A DNA stretch of 64,000 bases from the human T2T-CHM13v2.0 reference genome, Homo sapiens: NCBI RefSeq assembly GCF_009914755.1, contig NC_060944.1. One strand, 5' to 3'. Shown piece after piece: positions 59,928 to 64,000 of this stretch. Below the pieces are notes generated by a model. That model ran no database searches, was not told the DNA's origin, and saw nothing but the letters and a program-made list of their open reading frames with translations. Position numbers and translations under genes: made by a program. Each line of letters begins with the position of its first letter. Position 1 is the stretch's first letter.

Positions 59928-62120
59928 GTTTTTTATTGTTAAATTTTAAGAGGTCTTTGTATATTTTGGACACAAGTTATTTATCAGATAAGTGTTTTAT
60001 AAACATTTTCTCCCAGTCTGTGGCTTGTATTTTTTCTCTCAAAATAGTCTTTTTCACAGAAAATAAGTTTTTAATTTTAATGAAGTCCAAAGTATCATTT
60101 TTTGTGTGTGGATTATGCTATTAGTATTGCATTTAAAACCTCATCTCCAAACCTAAGGTCATGTAGATTTTTTCTTATGTTTTATTCAAGAAGTTTTACA
60201 ATTTTGCATTGTACAATTACATTTATTGTCCATTTTGAGTTAATTTTTTTGTGGGGTATATGTGGTTTTGGTGTTAGGGTAACAATAGCCTCCTAGAGTG
60301 AAGTAATAAGTATTACTTCTGCTTCAATTTTCTCAATGCTATTGTGGAAAATTGATATCATTTCTCCCTTAAATATTTGGTAAAATTCACTAGTGAAACA
60401 ATTTGGGTCTGGTTATTGATTCACTTTACTTAATAGACACAGGGCTATTTATATTATTTATATCTCCTTGTGTGAATTTTGAGAGTGTCTATGATGGAAT
60501 TGGTCCATTTTATCTAAATTGTCAAATTTGTAATCACAGTGTTGTTTGTAGTATTCCTCTCTTATCCTTTCAATGTCCATCCTTTATTTCTGATATTGGT
60601 AACTTTTCCTCTTCTCTCTCTTTTTTCTTGGTTAGTCTGGCTAGAAGTTTACCAATTTATTGATTTGTTCAAAGGACCAGCTTTTGGTTTGTTAGTTTTT
60701 TCTATTATTTTCCTGTTTTCAATTACATTGATTTCTGCTCTATTTTTTCCTTCTGCTTGCTTTAGGTCTGAATTCCTCTTCTTTTCTTGTTTCCTATGGT
60801 TGAATATTAAGTTATTCATTTTAGATATTTTTTATTTTCTACCATATGTAGTTAATGCTATCAAATTTCCTCTAAGCATTGCTTCAGGTACATCCCACAC
60901 ATTTTAATAAGTTGTATTTTTATTTTAATTTAAAGTATTTTTAAATGTTTCTTGTGACATCTTGACTCATGTGTTATATAGATTTGTGTTGTTTAGTCTC
61001 CAACTATTTGGTGATTTTCCAAATATGTTTCTATTATTGATTTCTAATTTAATTCTATTGTGGTCTGAGAACAGGCTTTGCATGTTTTCTACTCTTTTAA
61101 ATTTTGAAATGTGTTTTATGGCTTAGAATGTTGGCTATGTCTGAGAATGTTCCATGTGAGCTTAAGAAGAATGTGTATTCTACTATGGTTGGATGCAGTA
61201 TTCTATGAATTTCAATAGAGCAAGCTGATTATAATGCTGTTCAGGTAAACTATATTTTGTTGCTATTTCTGCCTGCTTAATCTCTCAATTACTGACAAGG
61301 GGTATTAAATTCTCCAAGCATAATAGTGAATTTATCCCTCCTTCAGTTATATGAGTTATTGCCTCATGTATTTTGATGATCTGTTTTTAGATACATACAT
61401 GTTTAGAATTGTTATATCTTCTTCAAAAATTTACCCATTCATAATTACCCAGTGCTGCTCTTTATCTCTGACAATTCTCCTTGTTTTGAAGTCTGCTTTG
61501 GCTGAAGTTAATATTTTCATTCCAGTTTTCTTTCAATTAGTATGGTTTCTCTTTCTCCGTTGTCCATTTCTTTAATTTTAGCTTATCGGAGTCTTTATAT
61601 TTAAAGTGAATTTTATGTAAACAACATATACTTGGGTCTTGCATTTTTATCTGACAATCTCTGTCTTTTAGCTGGTATATTTAGGCTACTCATTCCAAGG
61701 GATTATTCATATATTTGCTTTAACATCAACCATGTTTGTAGTTGTTTTATGCTTTCCGTTGTTTTAATTAAGTCTCTGTATTGTTCCATTTTATCTCCTC
61801 TCTTATTCACTTCTTTAAAAAAAAAAAAAAACTGTGGTTGCCCTAAAGCTTACAATATACATTTTTAGCTAATCTGATTCCACCTTCAAATTACATGCTT
61901 CTGCTTCATGAGTGGTGCAGGTACATTGAAAAAATATTCCCAATTTCTCCCTCCCATCCCTTGTGATGTTGCTGTCATTTAATTTCTTTTATTCTATGTT
62001 ATAATTACCCAGTACATTCTTACTATTATTAAATTATACAGTTACATTTTAGAATAATAAAAATGAAATATTTTATTCCATTTTCATTGATTCCTTTTTC
62101 CAAGATTCTTCATCTCTCTT
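59928..62120 (-). mobile_element. Old L1M fragments (continuation of the host element interrupted by the L1PA3/4)
   Basis: tttattgttaaattttaagaggtctttgtatattttggacacaag...ttctattgtggtctgagaac...gaatgttccatgtgagcttaagaagaatgtgtattct. Confidence 0.8.
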
Positions 62121-62121
62121 T

Positions 62122-62411
<290 letters not shown>

Positions 62412-62424
62412 CTCTCTCTATATA

Positions 62425-64000
62425 TATATTCATGTATATGTTGCTTACTGATAGTGATACATTCTGGGGAATTCACCTTTAGGCAATTTCATCGTTGTGG
62501 AAACATCACAAAATGTACTTAAACTTAGGTGATATAACCTACTACACCTACTACACATCGAGGGTGTAGGATATAGCCTATTGTTCCTTGACTACAAATC
62601 TGCACAGTATGTTAGTGTACTGAATGCTGTAGGCAATTACAACAACATGATGTTTCTATATCTAAACATATATAAACATTTAAAAAGTACAGTGAAACTA
62701 TGGTACAAAAACTACCATTGGCCCCAATTACTTAATGGGACCCAGCAATCCCATTACTTGCTATATACCCAAAGGAATAGAAATCATTCTACCAAAAAGG
62801 CACCAGCATATATATGTTCATTGCAGCACTATACCCAAAGCAAAGACATGGAATCAACCTAGATGTCCATCATTGGTGGACTAGATAAAGAAAATATGGT
62901 ACATATACATCATGGAATACTACACAGCTATAAAAAACAATGAAATCATGTCCTTTGCAGCAACATGGATGCAACTGGAGGCCATTATCCTAAGTGAATT
63001 AACACAGGAACAGAAAACCAAATACTACATGTTCTCACTTATAAGTGGGAGCTGCACTGAGTACATATGGACACAAAGATGGGGACAATAGACACTAGGG
63101 TCTACTTGAGGTTGGAGGGTGGCAGGGATAGTGAGGGTCAAAAAGCTACCTATCAGGTACTATGCTCACCACCTGAGTGATGAAATCATTTGTACACCAA
63201 AACCCAGTGACACACAATTTACCCCTCTAACAAACCTGCACATGTACCTCCTGAACCTATAAGTTGAAAAGAAAATACAGTATAAAAGATTTTAAAATGG
63301 TACACCTGTATAGGACACTCACCATGAATGGAGTTTGCAGGACTGGAAGTTGCTCTGGGTGAGTCAGTGAGTGAGTGGTGCATGATTCTGAAGGCATGGA
63401 TATTACTATATACTACTATACACTTGATAAACACTGTACACTTAGGCTACACTAAATTTATGAAAAAGTTATTTTTTCTTCAATAATAAACTAAATCTTA
63501 GCTTACTGTAGCTTTTTAACTTGATACACTTTTAATTTTTTTTTTTACTTTTTGGCTGTTCGTATAATAATAACATAACTTAAAACATGAACATATTATA
63601 CAGCTGTTCAAAAATATTTTCTTTCTCTTTATCCTTATTCTATAACCTTTTTTCTATTTTCAAAATTTTTAATTTTTTTACCTTTTAGGCTTTATTGTTA
63701 AGAATTAAAACACAAGCACGCACATTATCCTAGGCCTACACAGAGTCAATATCATCAATATCACTGTCTTCCACCTCTTGTCCCACTGGAAGGTTTTTAG
63801 GGGCAATAACAGGCATGGAGCTGTCATCTCTTATGATAATAATGACTTCTTCTGGATACTTCCTGAAGGACCTGCCTGAGGCTGTTTTAAGTTAACTTTT
63901 TAAAAAATAAGTATAAGGACTATGCTCTAAAATAACAATAAAAGGTATAGTGTAATAAATACATAAACCAGTAACATAGTCTTTTATTACTACTATCAAG
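62425..64000. mobile_element. Tigger3 (GOLEM/MER7-type) DNA transposon, interrupted by an L1 and running off the window end
   Basis: ttaggcaatttcatcgttgtg...tatagcctattgttcct...gtactgaatgctgtaggcaatt, resuming at ggtacacctgtatagg...ggactggaagttgctctgggtgagtcagtgagtgagtggtg...cttcctgaaggacctgcctgaggctgtttt. Confidence 0.85.
62711..63272 (+). mobile_element. L1PA15/16-like 3' end inserted in Tigger3
   Basis: gacccagcaatcccattact...aaagctacctatcaggtactatgctcaccacctgagtgatgaaatcatttgtacacc...aagttgaaaa; degenerate TSD aaactatggtacaaaa / aaatacagtataaaa. Confidence 0.88.

Overview
Primate genomic DNA, probably human or another ape given the AluY and L1PA2-4-type elements. It is AT-rich, has no CpG island, and is dominated by interspersed repeats: L1 of many ages, 9 Alus, MaLR and ERVL LTRs, ERV1 pol/env relics, MIR/L2 and Tigger3. 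I cannot support any intact cellular protein-coding gene, RNA gene or CRISPR array. Every recognisable ORF is a transposon or retroviral remnant. Repeat subfamily names come from recognising the sequence by eye, not from a database search. I found no convincing new biological system. The most interesting structures are retrotransposition footprints: (1) a tiny young L1 carrying a ~190-bp 3' transduction, nested in an older twin-primed L1 (13.27-13.58 kb); (2) an ERV1 relic with integrase and env TM on opposite strands, meeting at a poly-T (7.8-9.75 kb); (3) a ~97%-identical 318-bp non-adjacent duplication (14.6/15.7 kb); (4) a TSD-flanked L1 missing its whole RT region (37.5-38.9 kb); (5) a near full-length L1PA3/4 that keeps the 129-bp ZNF93-site segment and has a dead ORF0 (53.8-59.9 kb). 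Two candidate regulatory elements are a GATA-dense 29-bp minisatellite (24.9-25.3 kb) and a CAGATG E-box cluster (46.1-46.4 kb).
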